From Candidatus Krumholzibacteriia bacterium (GTDB taxonomy: Bacteria > Krumholzibacteriota > Krumholzibacteriia > JAJRXK01), in NCBI GenBank assembly GCA_041484665.1, contig JBGPIA010000021.1:1-64000 (forward strand): DNA of 64,000 bases, in the 5' to 3' direction. Positions 17,572-28,021 of the stretch are shown one piece after another. The stretch's first letter is position 1. The number at the start of each line of letters is the position of its first letter. The notes beneath the pieces were generated by a model that saw nothing but the letters and a program-made list of their open reading frames with translations, was not told the origin of the DNA and ran no database searches. Made by a program: the position numbers and the translations under genes.

Positions 17572-19806
17572 ATGCAGATTCCCTGTCTGCCCATCGCCGA
17601 CATCGAGCTGCCGCGCGACGTGCGCAAGCTCTACGACCTCGCCTACAACCTCTGGTGGACATGGACGCCCCGCGCGCGGCGGCTGTTCAGCGCCATCGAC
17701 AGCGTGGCGTGGACGCTCTACGCCAACCCGGTACAGCTGTTGATCAACATCGACCGCGCGCACTGGGAGCCACTGCTGGGCAGCGAGACCTTCATGACGA
17801 CCTATTCGTCGGTCATCAAGGAGTTCGAGGCGTACGTGCAGGGGGAGGACAGCGCCTGGTTCCACCAGACCCACGGCAAGCAGGCCGGCGGCCCCATCGC
17901 CTACTTCGCCATGGAGTTCGGCGTGCACGAGTGCTTCGCGGGCTACTCGGGCGGTCTGGGGATCCTCAGCGGGGACCACCTCAAGAGCGCGAGCGACGTG
18001 GGGCTGCCGCTGGTGGGTGTGGGGTTGCTCTACCGCCGCGGCTACTTCCGGCAGACGATCGATGCCGACGGCCGGCAGCAGCACATGTATCCCCACTACG
18101 ACTTCACGCGCCTGCCCATGCGTCCCGCGGCCGGACATACCGGCCGAGACGTGATCGTCAGCATCGACTTCCCGGACCGCGAGGTGTTCGCCAAGCTGTG
18201 GGTCGCCCAGATCGGCCGCGTGCCGCTGGTGCTGCTGGACACCGACATCTTCCAGAACGACCCCTCGGATCGGCCGATCACCAGCATCCTGTACGTGCGC
18301 GGGCGCGAGATGCGCATCGCCCAGGAGCTGGTGCTGGGCGTGGGCGGCGTGCGGGCACTACGCGCCCTGGACATCGAGCCGGGCGTCTGGCACATGAACG
18401 AGGGGCATAGCGCTTTCCTGCAGCTGGAGCGCCTGCGCGAGGAGATCGCGGCCCATGGCGGCACCCTGGCGCAGGCGCAGGAGCGCATCACGTCGTCGTC
18501 GGTGTTCACGACCCACACGCCGGTTCCGGCGGGGAACGAGACGTTCGACGAGGCCCTGGTGCGCAAGTACGCGGTGCTGTGGGCGCGAGCGCTCGAGGCC
18601 CCGGTCGACGACGTGCTGGCCCTGGGGCGCGCGGACGGGAGCAGCGGCCAGTTCAACTTGACGGCCTTTGCGATCCGCACCAGCCGCACGACCAACGCCG
18701 TGAGCCGCCTGCACGGCGAGGTGAGCAACAACATGTGGCGGCATCTCTATCCCTCCGCCGGCCCGCTCGACGCGCCCATCCGCGCCATTACCAACGGCGT
18801 CCACACCAGCACGTGGCTGGGCATGGAGATGCTGGAGCTGTTCAACCGCCGGCTGGGGCTCAGCTGGAGGGACATGCTGCTGGCGGGGGAGGTGTGGCAG
18901 GCAGCGCTGGCGTTGCTCGACGACGAGCTGTGGGCCGCCCATCAGGCGCAGAAGGAGCGCCTGGCCCGGTTCATGCGCCTGCGGCTGCGCGAGCAGTTCG
19001 CGCGACACGGCTGCTCGCCCGACGAGCTGCGTGCGATCGAGCAGCTGTTCAGCACCGAGGTGCTCACCATCGGCTTCGCGCGGCGCTTCGCCACCTACAA
19101 GCGGGCCGACCTTATCTTCCGCGACCTCCACCGGCTGCGCGCCATCGTGGGCGACGCGCACAGGCCAGTCCAGATCCTGCTCGCCGGCAAGGCCCATCCC
19201 GCTGACCAGCCCGGCCAGCAGCTGATCCAGCACATCTACCAGCTCACCCAGTCGGATAATCTGCGCGGGAAGGTCTTCTTCCTGGAGGATTACGATATCC
19301 GCGTGGCGCGCATGCTGGTGCAGGGTGTGGACGTCTGGCTGAACACGCCGCGCCGGCCGCAGGAGGCCAGCGGGACCAGCGGTCAGAAGGCCGCCTGCAA
19401 CGGGGCCCTCAACCTCAGCGTGCTCGACGGCTGGTGGCCCGAGGCGTTCAACGGCCGCAACGGCTGGGTGATCGGCACCGAGTCGCAGTACGGCGATCCC
19501 GAGCTGCACGACGGCGCGGACGCCCAGTCGCTCTACCAGCAGTTGGAGGAGCAGGTCGTTCCCACGTACTACGAGCGCAACGAGGGGGGACTGCCGGCGC
19601 GCTGGATCGCGATGATGAAGGACTGCATCGCGACCATCACGCCTCGCTTCTCCTCCAGCCGGATGGTGCGCGAGTACGCCGAGCAGGCGTACCTGCCCGC
19701 GCGATCGCCCGCCCCCCCCGCGCCCGCACCCGTCTCCAGCACGCCGCCGGCTCCACCGCCCGCGGGTGTATCCGACGAGCAGCCCGCAGCGGCGCCCGGC
19801 CGCTGA
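17572..19806 (+). CDS. glgP: Alpha-glucan (glycogen/maltodextrin) phosphorylase
   Basis: LAYNLWW.W, YSGGLGILSGDHLK, HMNEGH, ITNGVH, GFARRFATYKR, AGKAHP, EASGTSGQK (PLP Lys). Confidence 0.96.
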   Translation: MQIPCLPIADIELPRDVRKLYDLAYNLWWTWTPRARRLFSAIDSVAWTLYANPVQLLINIDRAHWEPLLGSETFMTTYSSVIKEFEAYVQGEDSAWFHQTHGKQAGGPIAYFAMEFGVHECFAGYSGGLGILSGDHLKSASDVGLPLVGVGLLYRRGYFRQTIDADGRQQHMYPHYDFTRLPMRPAAGHTGRDVIVSIDFPDREVFAKLWVAQIGRVPLVLLDTDIFQNDPSDRPITSILYVRGREMRIAQELVLGVGGVRALRALDIEPGVWHMNEGHSAFLQLERLREEIAAHGGTLAQAQERITSSSVFTTHTPVPAGNETFDEALVRKYAVLWARALEAPVDDVLALGRADGSSGQFNLTAFAIRTSRTTNAVSRLHGEVSNNMWRHLYPSAGPLDAPIRAITNGVHTSTWLGMEMLELFNRRLGLSWRDMLLAGEVWQAALALLDDELWAAHQAQKERLARFMRLRLREQFARHGCSPDELRAIEQLFSTEVLTIGFARRFATYKRADLIFRDLHRLRAIVGDAHRPVQILLAGKAHPADQPGQQLIQHIYQLTQSDNLRGKVFFLEDYDIRVARMLVQGVDVWLNTPRRPQEASGTSGQKAACNGALNLSVLDGWWPEAFNGRNGWVIGTESQYGDPELHDGADAQSLYQQLEEQVVPTYYERNEGGLPARWIAMMKDCIATITPRFSSSRMVREYAEQAYLPARSPAPPAPAPVSSTPPAPPPAGVSDEQPAAAPGR

Positions 19807-19891
19807 GCGCGCGCGAGCGCGCCGGCAGGTCACCTCGCGCTTGCCGCCGGCGCGCCAGGCGCGCCAGGCAGTGTGCTAGACTCGGTGCTTC

Positions 19892-21253
19892 ATGCGCCGT
19901 CTCCGCCGCCGCTTCCCGCTCCTGCTCGTCGTCGCCGTTTCCGCCGCCACCATCGCCGCGTTCGCCGCCGGGGCCGCTGGCGCGGCGGTGCCTACGTTGT
20001 CGGTGCGCGCCAGCCGCAGCGTCGGCTCCGCGGCCGTGACGGCGTCGCCGACCGCCGCCGACCCGGTGGAGCGGGCGAGGACCCTGGGCTTCGAGCTGGT
20101 CGAGACGCGCACCGCGCGGCTGTGGATCGCCGATCGCGAGCGGGTGCATCCGGCGGCGGTCGACTCGCTGGACGCCTTCGTGGACCGCGCGGCGCGGCTG
20201 CTGGGCTTCAGCCGCGCGCAACGTGCGCGGCTCGCCCAGGAGAAATTCGACTATCTGCTGTGCGCCGATCCCAACGAGGTGGCTGCCCTCAGCGGCCGCG
20301 AGTCGGAGGGTGTGACGCTCCTGGAGCAGGGCGCGATCGTCACGCGCTGGCTGCCCCACGACCACGAGGTCGTGCACCTGCTGGTCTACCGGCGGCTGGC
20401 GCCCCTTCCGCCCGTGGCCGAGCCCTTCCTGCAAGAGGGGCTGGCCAGCGCGCTGGGCGGCCGTCACGACGAGGACGCCGCGGCGCTGCAGGCGGAGGGT
20501 GAGCGGCTGCTGGCCTGTGGCGAGGTCTCGCTGGAGACGCTGTGGGGCTTCCCGCGCTTCCACGCCCTGGCCGGGCCGGCCGCGCGTTCTTATCCCGTCG
20601 CCGCGCGATTCGTCGCCTTCCTGCTGGACGAGGGCGGGCCGCAGCGGCTGTTGCGCCTCTACCGGCTGCTCGCCTCCGGATTCGAGGACGTGGTGCTGCG
20701 CCCGGCCGGCGTGGTTCTCCAGCAAATCGAGGGCGAGTACGGCCGAAGCTGGGATGCGCTGCAGGCGGATTTCGCCGCGTGGCGGGCAGCGCACACGCCT
20801 TTGCGATTGTCGGCCGCAGTGGCGCCGCGCCGCAGCCCGGACCTGGTGGCGCGCGACCGCGGCCGGTCGGTCGCGCTCTGGCGCGACGCCGACGGCTCGG
20901 TGATCGTGCGCCTGGCGGGCGGAAGTGGTACGCCCGACGGCGTAATCCTGTGGGGGGACGTCCTGCCCCGCGGTTACCGGTGCGGCCTGCTTCCCGCCGG
21001 GGTCGATCCGGTCGGCCGCCGCTACGCTCTGCGCGTGGAGCCCGAGGGTGCCGAGCTCTGCGACTTCGCGCTGGACCGCGTGCTCGCCCGCCACGACGCG
21101 GCCCACGGTCCGTGCGGCGACCCAGCCGAGGGGATGTTCGATCCGCGCGCCCGCACCGTCACCGTGCGCATCCCCGCGGCGCTGGTGCGGCGCACCGGGC
21201 CGATCGGTCCGCTGCGGCTGCGCGCGGCGCTGGCGTTGCCCTCGGGGGAGTGA
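19892..21253 (+). CDS. Secreted hypothetical protein with gluzincin (peptidase MA-like) motif
   Basis: Signal peptide (RRLRRR...AAGA); HEVVH...LQEGLA and downstream Y. Confidence 0.65.
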   Translation: MRRLRRRFPLLLVVAVSAATIAAFAAGAAGAAVPTLSVRASRSVGSAAVTASPTAADPVERARTLGFELVETRTARLWIADRERVHPAAVDSLDAFVDRAARLLGFSRAQRARLAQEKFDYLLCADPNEVAALSGRESEGVTLLEQGAIVTRWLPHDHEVVHLLVYRRLAPLPPVAEPFLQEGLASALGGRHDEDAAALQAEGERLLACGEVSLETLWGFPRFHALAGPAARSYPVAARFVAFLLDEGGPQRLLRLYRLLASGFEDVVLRPAGVVLQQIEGEYGRSWDALQADFAAWRAAHTPLRLSAAVAPRRSPDLVARDRGRSVALWRDADGSVIVRLAGGSGTPDGVILWGDVLPRGYRCGLLPAGVDPVGRRYALRVEPEGAELCDFALDRVLARHDAAHGPCGDPAEGMFDPRARTVTVRIPAALVRRTGPIGPLRLRAALALPSGE

Positions 21254-21298
21254 GCGGGCCGGGCGCCGCGCCCTGCGGCGCCGGCGTGCGCTCTCGTC

Positions 21299-22180
21299 TC
21301 AGCGCAGGGGCGCCGACCGGGCGTCTTCGACCAACGCACGGTACGCCTCCTGCAAACGTCGGGTCCACCGTCCGGGACGCCCGTCGCCCACGCTGCTGCG
21401 GTCGATGCGCACGACCGGCACGAGCTCCTTCACCGAGCCGCTGAGGAAGACCTCTTCGGCCAGCAGCAGGTCGCGCAGATCGCTCGCCACCTCCTGGACC
21501 TCCAGGCCAAGCGTGCGTCCCAGCACGAGCACCCGCCCGCGGGTGATGCCGGGCAACAGGCCCAGGCGGGCCGAAGGGGTGCGCAGCACCTTGCCCGTGA
21601 TCAGGAAGATGTTGCTGGTGGCTCCCTCGAGCACCTTGCTCTGCCGGTTCAGCAGGACAACCTCCTGGAAGCCCTGCGCGAATGCGAAGCGCTGGGCCAT
21701 CAGGCTGGGCAGGTAGTTGAGGGTCTTGATCTGCGGGAAGTTCCCCCGCGCGAAGCTGCTCTGCAAGGGTAACGCGTGCACGCCGTCGCGCTGCCATCGC
21801 TCGACCTCGTCGGACACGGGCAAAGCACTCGTGAACACGACGGGCGGGATCGTCTCGGGCTCCGCCCGCACCTGGTCGGTCCTGGCGCCGCCGCCGCGGC
21901 TGATCTGGATCCGCACGCGGGCGTCGATCTCCGCCAGGCCATTGGCCGAGAGCAGGCGTTCGATCCGCTCGCGCCACGGCGCGAGAGCGGCGTCGAAGGG
22001 AATCTGCAGCAACTCGGTCTCGCGCGCCAGGCGCTCGATGTGGTCCTCGAGGCCGAAGGCGAAGCCGCGGTACGTGCGCAGCGTATCGAAGACACCGTCC
22101 CCATACTGGTAGGCAGCGTCGAAGGGAGAGACGCGAGCCTCCTCCGCCGCCACCAGCTCCCCGTCGAGGTCCACGATCAT
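21299..22180 (-). CDS. Aminotransferase class IV (PabC / IlvE-like)
   Basis: [21 protein letters not shown] (PLP Lys), [14 protein letters not shown]; coupled to pabB-like gene. Confidence 0.9.
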   Translation of the reverse strand: MIVDLDGELVAAEEARVSPFDAAYQYGDGVFDTLRTYRGFAFGLEDHIERLARETELLQIPFDAALAPWRERIERLLSANGLAEIDARVRIQISRGGGARTDQVRAEPETIPPVVFTSALPVSDEVERWQRDGVHALPLQSSFARGNFPQIKTLNYLPSLMAQRFAFAQGFQEVVLLNRQSKVLEGATSNIFLITGKVLRTPSARLGLLPGITRGRVLVLGRTLGLEVQEVASDLRDLLLAEEVFLSGSVKELVPVVRIDRSSVGDGRPGRWTRRLQEAYRALVEDARSAPLR

Positions 22181-23718
22181 GGGCGGCGCTCCGGTGCAGG
22201 GGTGGTCGATGGCTGCGAAGGCTGCAGGGCGTGCGCGGGCTGGAGCGGCTGCAGGGGCGCAACGGCCGCTGTTGCTGCGAGGCTATCAAAGAAGGACCGT
22301 GCCTTCAAGGCAGCCTCCTCGTGCTCGCGGCCGGGGTCGCTGTCCAGGACGATGCCACCGCCGCAGCCGAATGCGACGCGCCCGTCCTGCCACACCGCGG
22401 TCCGGATAGCGATGTTCCAGTCCGCGTTGCCGGCCCGGTCCACGTATCCGATGGACCCGGTGTACGGTCCGCGGCCGGTGCGCTCCACCTGCGCGATCAG
22501 CTCCGTGGCGCGCCGCTTGGGCGCGCCCGTGATGCTCCCGCCGGGGAACAGATCGGCCAGCAGCTGCGCGCGCTGCCGCGGCCGCACGCGCCCCTCGATC
22601 CGGCTGACCAGATGGACCAGGCCGGCCAGGCGCAGCGGCGCCATCAGCTCCACCAGCCGCACGCTTCCGTAGGCGCAGCAGCGGCCGAGATCGTTGCGCA
22701 CCAGGTCGACGATCATCACGTGCTCGGCGCGGTCCTTGTCGCTGGCCAGCAGGCGCGCAATATCGTCGGTCGCCAGCGGCGCCGTGCCCTTGATGGGCGC
22801 TGACTCCGCCCGGTTACCGGTGAGACGCAGCAGCCGCTCCGGGCTGTGGCAGGTGATGGCAGCGTCGTCCAGGCGCAGGAAGGCCGCGAAGGTCACGGGG
22901 TTGACCGTGGCCTGATGCAGGAACGCGCGCCAGGGGTCCACCTCCGTGCACGCCGTGGCGAAGCCTGTGAGGTTGATCTGGTAGACATCCCCGGCGCGCA
23001 GGTGGCGCTGGATGCGCTCCACCGCCTGCCGGTGCCACGCGGGATCCAGCCCGTCCACCGCCGGCGCGCGCGGCGGCGCTGTGGTCGCGGCAGAGGACCG
23101 CAGCGCGCGCTCGCCGTGCTGCGTGGTGCGCAGCGTACGCCCGACCGCACGGAGCCCCGCGGCCAAGGCGCGTTGCGCCATCACCGCCGCGCGCAGGATG
23201 TCGCGCGCCTCCTGCAGCCGCTCGGGCAGCGGCCGTCCCACCGGCACCAGGGGGAACAGGTCGGCGACGATCAGCTCGGGGGGCGCCGGTGGGCCGAACA
23301 CCAATGCGCAGTCGTAGGCGCCCAGCCAGGCATCGGGAAGCTCGAACGGTGGCGGAGCCGGTCGGGCTGCGCCGATCTGCACGGTGCCCAGGTCGTAGCC
23401 GAGGTACCCGGCCACTCCGGCGAAGCACGGGCGCGCGACCGCGCCTGCGGGCAGGCGTTGCGCCAGCGCGAAGGGCAACTGCGACGGCGCATCCTCGGGC
23501 GGCGCGCCCGCGGGTACATCGCCGCTCCAGGTGGGGCGCTCTCCGGCGCGGGCGGTGAGCGTCCAGCGCGGAGCGAACAGCAGAGCGGAGCGCCCCGTGC
23601 CGTGCCACGGACGCTGCGTGTGCAGCAGGAGGGTCCCGGGCACATGCGCGAGCGCGCCGGCGGCCTCGAGGGGGTCGACGTCGAGCGCGAGCGATCGGAG
23701 CAGCGGTGGCGTTCCCAT
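22177..23718 (-). CDS. pabB: Chorismate-binding protein, aminodeoxychorismate synthase component I-like
   Basis: GYLGYD, GDVYQINL, SPERLL, PIKGT, KDRAEHVMIVDLVRNDLG, FPGGSITGAPK, NIAIRT. Confidence 0.85.
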   Translation of the reverse strand: MGTPPLLRSLALDVDPLEAAGALAHVPGTLLLHTQRPWHGTGRSALLFAPRWTLTARAGERPTWSGDVPAGAPPEDAPSQLPFALAQRLPAGAVARPCFAGVAGYLGYDLGTVQIGAARPAPPPFELPDAWLGAYDCALVFGPPAPPELIVADLFPLVPVGRPLPERLQEARDILRAAVMAQRALAAGLRAVGRTLRTTQHGERALRSSAATTAPPRAPAVDGLDPAWHRQAVERIQRHLRAGDVYQINLTGFATACTEVDPWRAFLHQATVNPVTFAAFLRLDDAAITCHSPERLLRLTGNRAESAPIKGTAPLATDDIARLLASDKDRAEHVMIVDLVRNDLGRCCAYGSVRLVELMAPLRLAGLVHLVSRIEGRVRPRQRAQLLADLFPGGSITGAPKRRATELIAQVERTGRGPYTGSIGYVDRAGNADWNIAIRTAVWQDGRVAFGCGGGIVLDSDPGREHEEAALKARSFFDSLAATAAVAPLQPLQPAHALQPSQPSTTPAPERRP

Positions 23719-23911
23719 GGCGGCCACGGGGCCGTGGGGGGACCGGCGCCGCGACCCCAGGAGGGTAGCCGCCCGCGCGGCGCCTGACCAGGGGACGCCG
23801 GGTCCGGCGCGCAGCCCGCGGGGTGGCGGCGCCCGCGCCGGACACGCCGTCGGCCGGCAGCTCGCCAGTGCGACGGCGGGGCGGGATCCGCGGGCGGCGG
23901 CGCGAGCAGCG

Positions 23912-24673
23912 CTAGCTCGCCGCTCCGGTCAGCAGTTGTCGCGCGCGGACGATCTGGCCCAAGCGCACGCGCAGGTCCTCGAGCCCGGGGTGTTGCTCCA
24001 GCGTGGTCTCACACAGGCGCGCGGCCTCGTCCAGGGCGTCCTGGCACTGGCGCATTGCGCATTCCACGAGCTTGGTGAACACCTGCGGATCGTCGGAGCG
24101 CACGCTCAGCGCCTGGCAGCGCTCCAGGGCGCGCGCTGTGTCGCCTTCCGCCAGGTCGACGTCGGCGAGGTTCAGCATTGCGGAAAGATATTCCGGCGAC
24201 TGGGCAAGAGCTGCCTCAAAGGCCCGCCGGGCATCGCTCCAGCGCTCGAGCTGGAACAAGGTCACGCCGAGGTTGTTGGCCACCTCGGTGTCGTCGGGCG
24301 CCAGCGCGTACGCGCGCTCGAAGTCGGCGAGGGCCCCGTGGTAATCGCCGCTATGGAAGCGGACCAGCCCCCGGTTGTGGAGCAGGTTGAGGGAGTCCGG
24401 AAGCAGCAGCAGCGCGCGCGTGAAGGCCTGCTCGGCCTCATCACGGCGACCCACCGCGGCGCAGACGGCGCCGAGATTGTTGAATACCTCGGGCACCGCG
24501 GGGAAGTGCTCGGTGATCTCGCGGAATGTGGCCAGCCCGCCCTCCAGATCGCCGCTCTCCAGCCGTGCCTTCGCCGCCTCGATCAAGGCGCCCAGGGCCT
24601 CGGCCGGCCCGGCGGCGGGGGCGGACGATGGGGTCGTGGACTCGATGGGAGCCGTCTGCGTCTGCTCGGTCAT
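23912..24673 (-). CDS. Tetratricopeptide repeat protein
   Basis: Repeated NNLG/HNRG...A...F..AL...P units; GAAGGA RBS before ATG 24673. Confidence 0.85.
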   Translation of the reverse strand: MTEQTQTAPIESTTPSSAPAAGPAEALGALIEAAKARLESGDLEGGLATFREITEHFPAVPEVFNNLGAVCAAVGRRDEAEQAFTRALLLLPDSLNLLHNRGLVRFHSGDYHGALADFERAYALAPDDTEVANNLGVTLFQLERWSDARRAFEAALAQSPEYLSAMLNLADVDLAEGDTARALERCQALSVRSDDPQVFTKLVECAMRQCQDALDEAARLCETTLEQHPGLEDLRVRLGQIVRARQLLTGAAS

Positions 24674-24814
24674 GCCGGTTCCTTCGCTGGGGTTGATCGG
24701 GATCGAAGGAAGGCCTAACAAGGTCCATACCACTTGCGCGTGCGTATGGCCCGACTCCAGTCGCCGGCCCGCTCGGCAACGCGGGGCGGGTCCCCCGCTG
24801 CCGCCCGGCCCGGG

Positions 24815-24843
24815 TTGACACCCGCTCCCTGCCGCATTAGGGT
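24815..24843 (+). promoter_or_regulatory. Sigma70-type promoter of nuo operon
   Basis: Consensus TTGACA - 17 nt - TAGGGT, 8 nt before GTG of nuoA. Confidence 0.7.
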
Positions 24844-24851
24844 TCCGCACC

Positions 24852-25220
24852 GTGAATCCCTACGTTCCAATCCTGCTCGTCGTGGGCATCGCGGCGGCGT
24901 TCGCGCTGCTGTTCGTGCTGCTCTCCCGGGCGCTGGGCCCCCTGCACGAAACGCCGGCCAAGCTCGCCACCTACGAGTGCGGTGTTCCGTCCCGGGGGAC
25001 GACCAACCTGCGCTTCTTCATCCGGTTCTACGTCGTGGCGTTGCTGTTCCTCCTCTTCGACCTCGAGACCACCTTCCTGCTCCCCTGGGCGGTCCGCTTC
25101 CGGGACTTCGTCGCTCGCGGCGAGGGCGGATCGATGTTCGTCACCATGCTGATCTTCCTCGGCCTGCTCCTGGTCGGCCTGGTCTACGAGTGGCGGAAAG
25201 GGGCCCTGGAGTGGGAGTGA
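24852..25220 (+). CDS. nuoA: NADH-quinone oxidoreductase subunit A
   Basis: K...YECG, FYVVALLFLLFDLE, YEWRKGALEW. Confidence 0.95.
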   Translation: MNPYVPILLVVGIAAAFALLFVLLSRALGPLHETPAKLATYECGVPSRGTTNLRFFIRFYVVALLFLLFDLETTFLLPWAVRFRDFVARGEGGSMFVTMLIFLGLLLVGLVYEWRKGALEWE

Positions 25221-25717
25221 CGCTCGACCATCCCCAGAACTACGTCACCACCAAACTCCGCCAGGCGATCAACTGGGGGCGCAAGTACAGCCTTTTCCCC
25301 ATGCCCTTCGGCACGGCCTGCTGCGCCATCGAGTTCATGGGCGTCGTGGGGTCGTTCTCGGACATCTCACGCTTCGGCGCCGAGGCGGTCCGCTTCTCGC
25401 CCCGCCAGAGCGACTTGCTGATCGTGGCCGGCACGATCAGCTACAAGCAGGCGCCGATCCTCAAGCGCATCTACGAGCAGATGGCCGAACCCAAGTGGGT
25501 CATCGCAATGGGCGTGTGCGCCAGCTCGGGCGGTTTCTACAACAACTATGGAACGCTGCAGGGCACCGACCGCGTGATCCCCACCGACCTCTACGTCGCT
25601 GGGTGCCCACCCAGCCCCGAGAACCTGCTGCACGCGTTGGTGCTCCTGCAGAACAAGATCGAGCGCGAGGGGCTGGAGACCGTCAAGGAGCGTCACCGTG
25701 TCGCGGCGAGCACTTGA
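25217..25717 (+). CDS. nuoB: NADH-quinone oxidoreductase subunit B
   Basis: FGTACCAIE, SPRQSD, MGVCASSGG, GCPP. Confidence 0.96.
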   Translation: MTLDHPQNYVTTKLRQAINWGRKYSLFPMPFGTACCAIEFMGVVGSFSDISRFGAEAVRFSPRQSDLLIVAGTISYKQAPILKRIYEQMAEPKWVIAMGVCASSGGFYNNYGTLQGTDRVIPTDLYVAGCPPSPENLLHALVLLQNKIEREGLETVKERHRVAAST

Positions 25718-27413
25718 CCGCCTGGCAGAGCGCTTCGGCCCCGATGTGCTCGAGACCCAAAGCCACCTCGGGGACGAGAGCGTCACCGTGCGCCGGCCGG
25801 CGTTGCGCTCCGTGCTGCAGTTCTGCAGGGACGATCCGCAGCTGCACATGCACCTGCTCCTGGATGTCGTGGGCGTTGACTACCCGGGCCGCCCCCAGCG
25901 CTTCGACGTCGTGTACATCCTGCGGTCGCTGTCCACGCGCGAGCGCGTGCGCGTGAAGGTGCAGGTGGCCGAGGGGGAGGCGGTCCCCAGCGTCTCGGAT
26001 CTCTGGTACTCGGCCAACTGGGCCGAGCGGGAGGTCTACGACCTGTTCGGCGTGCGCTTCGACGGTCATCCCGACCTGCGGCGCATCCTCTGTCACCACG
26101 AGTTCCAGGGGCATGCGCTGCGCAAGGACTACCCCATCGAGCGCGGCCAGATGTGCTACACGGTCGAGCACTTGCTCAGCGACGCCGAGATCGCCCACGG
26201 CCGCGAGCTCGTGGGCTCCGCGGCGCAGGGCGACGCCGCCGAGATCAAGTCGGACTTCCTGTCGGTGAACATCGGCCCCAGCCATCCGGCCACGCACGGC
26301 GCCCTGCGCATCGAAGCGTTGCTCGACGGCGAGACGATCGTGCACTCCAAGGCCGAGATCGGCTACCTGCACCGTTGCTTCGAGAAGGAGGCCGAGGACC
26401 ACACCTGGACCCAGATCATCCCGTACACCGACCGGTTGAACTACGTCAGCGCGCTCACCAACAACGTCGCGTACGTACTGGCGGTGGAGAAGCTGCTGGG
26501 CATCGACGTGCCGGAGCGCGCGCGGGTGATTCGCGTGATCGTGGCCGAGATGGGCCGCATCATGGACCACTTGGTGTGCGTGGGCGCCAACCTCGTGGAT
26601 ATCGGAGCGCTCACCAACTTCTGGTACTTCTGGAACGCTCGCGAGCGCCTCTACGGGGTCGTGGAGCGCCTGTGTGGCATCCGACTGACCACGAACTACA
26701 CGCGGATCGGTGGACTCTACCGCGACCTCTACGAGGGGTTCGAGCAGGACCTGCGCGACGCGCTGGAGCACGTCGAGCGCGCCATCCAGGACGTGACCGG
26801 ACTGGTGCAGCGCAACCGCATCTTCTTCGACCGCACGGTGGGTGTCGGCGTCGTCAGCGCGCAGGACGCCCTCGACTGGGGCTTCACCGGACCCTGCCTA
26901 CGGGCCTGCGGCGTCGACTACGACGTGCGCAAGGCGTTTCCCTATAGCGGCTACGAGCAGTACGAGTTCGACATCCCCGTGGGTGAGAACGGCGACGCGT
27001 ACGACCGCGTGCTGGTGCGCATCGAGGAGATGCACCAGTCGATCGGGATCCTGCGCCAGGCGCTCGGCCGCCTTCCCGACGGCCCGATCCAGAGCGCCGA
27101 CCGCCGCGTCGCCATGCCCTCCAAGGACGAGGTCTACAACTCGATCGAGGGCATGATGAACCACTTCAAGCTGGTCTTCGAAGGCATCCAGGTGCCGGCG
27201 GGCGAGGGGTACGGGTTTACCGAGGGGGCCAACGGGGAGCTGGGGTTCTTCATCGTCAGCGACGGCAGCGGCCGTCCCTACCGGATCAAGGTGCGGCCGC
27301 CGTGCTTCCCGATCTTCTCGGCGTACACGAAGATGATCCAGGGGCAGATGCTGGCCGACGCCGTCGCGATCCTGGGTGGGCTGAACATCATCGCGGGGGA
27401 GCTGGACCGGTGA
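25698..27413 (+). CDS. nuoCD: NADH-quinone oxidoreductase fused subunit C/D
   Basis: C part WAEREVYDLFG...GH.LRKDYP; D part NIGPSHPATHG, GYLHR, YTDRLNY, GELDR. Confidence 0.96.
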   Translation: MSRRALDRLAERFGPDVLETQSHLGDESVTVRRPALRSVLQFCRDDPQLHMHLLLDVVGVDYPGRPQRFDVVYILRSLSTRERVRVKVQVAEGEAVPSVSDLWYSANWAEREVYDLFGVRFDGHPDLRRILCHHEFQGHALRKDYPIERGQMCYTVEHLLSDAEIAHGRELVGSAAQGDAAEIKSDFLSVNIGPSHPATHGALRIEALLDGETIVHSKAEIGYLHRCFEKEAEDHTWTQIIPYTDRLNYVSALTNNVAYVLAVEKLLGIDVPERARVIRVIVAEMGRIMDHLVCVGANLVDIGALTNFWYFWNARERLYGVVERLCGIRLTTNYTRIGGLYRDLYEGFEQDLRDALEHVERAIQDVTGLVQRNRIFFDRTVGVGVVSAQDALDWGFTGPCLRACGVDYDVRKAFPYSGYEQYEFDIPVGENGDAYDRVLVRIEEMHQSIGILRQALGRLPDGPIQSADRRVAMPSKDEVYNSIEGMMNHFKLVFEGIQVPAGEGYGFTEGANGELGFFIVSDGSGRPYRIKVRPPCFPIFSAYTKMIQGQMLADAVAILGGLNIIAGELDR

Positions 27414-28021
27414 GCGAGCAGGGCACCACCGAGGCGGCCGGGCCAGGGAAGGGACAGGCGGCTGGGCGAGCAACCGCGTCCATTGCCGGGCCGGCGGGCG
27501 CAGACGCGGCCGGGCAGACCGCCCGACAGACCGCCGGGCAGCCGTACGCCTTCACGGCGGAGAACGAGGCGAAGTTCCAACGCATCATCCAGCGCTATCC
27601 GGACAAGTTCACCGCTCTGATGCCCACGCTGTGGCTGTGCCACGATCAGTGGGGCTGGATGCGGCCGGGGCTGCCCGAGTGGGTGGCTGGCAGGCTCGAC
27701 GTGCCGCTGGTGCGCGTCTACGAGTTGCTCACCTTCTACACGATGTTCTACCTGGAGAACCCGGGGCGGTACAACCTTCAGGTCTGCCGCAACGTGAGCT
27801 GCCATCTGATGGGCGCGCGGCGCATCATCGACCACCTACGGGCGAGGCTCGGGGTGGAGCCCGGCCAGACCGACCGCGAGGGGCTCTTCCGCCTCGAGGA
27901 GGCCGAGTGCCTGGGGGCCTGCGGGTACGGGCCCATGATGCTGGTGGGCAAGGACTACTACGAGAACCTCACCATCGAGCGGGTCGACCGCCTGATCGAG
28001 CAGTGGAGGCGCGGTGGCTGA
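27410..28021 (+). CDS. nuoE: NADH-quinone oxidoreductase subunit E
   Basis: TFYTMF, VCRNVSC, ECLGAC; Ala-rich N-terminal extension. Confidence 0.93.
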   Translation: MSEQGTTEAAGPGKGQAAGRATASIAGPAGADAAGQTARQTAGQPYAFTAENEAKFQRIIQRYPDKFTALMPTLWLCHDQWGWMRPGLPEWVAGRLDVPLVRVYELLTFYTMFYLENPGRYNLQVCRNVSCHLMGARRIIDHLRARLGVEPGQTDREGLFRLEEAECLGACGYGPMMLVGKDYYENLTIERVDRLIEQWRRGG

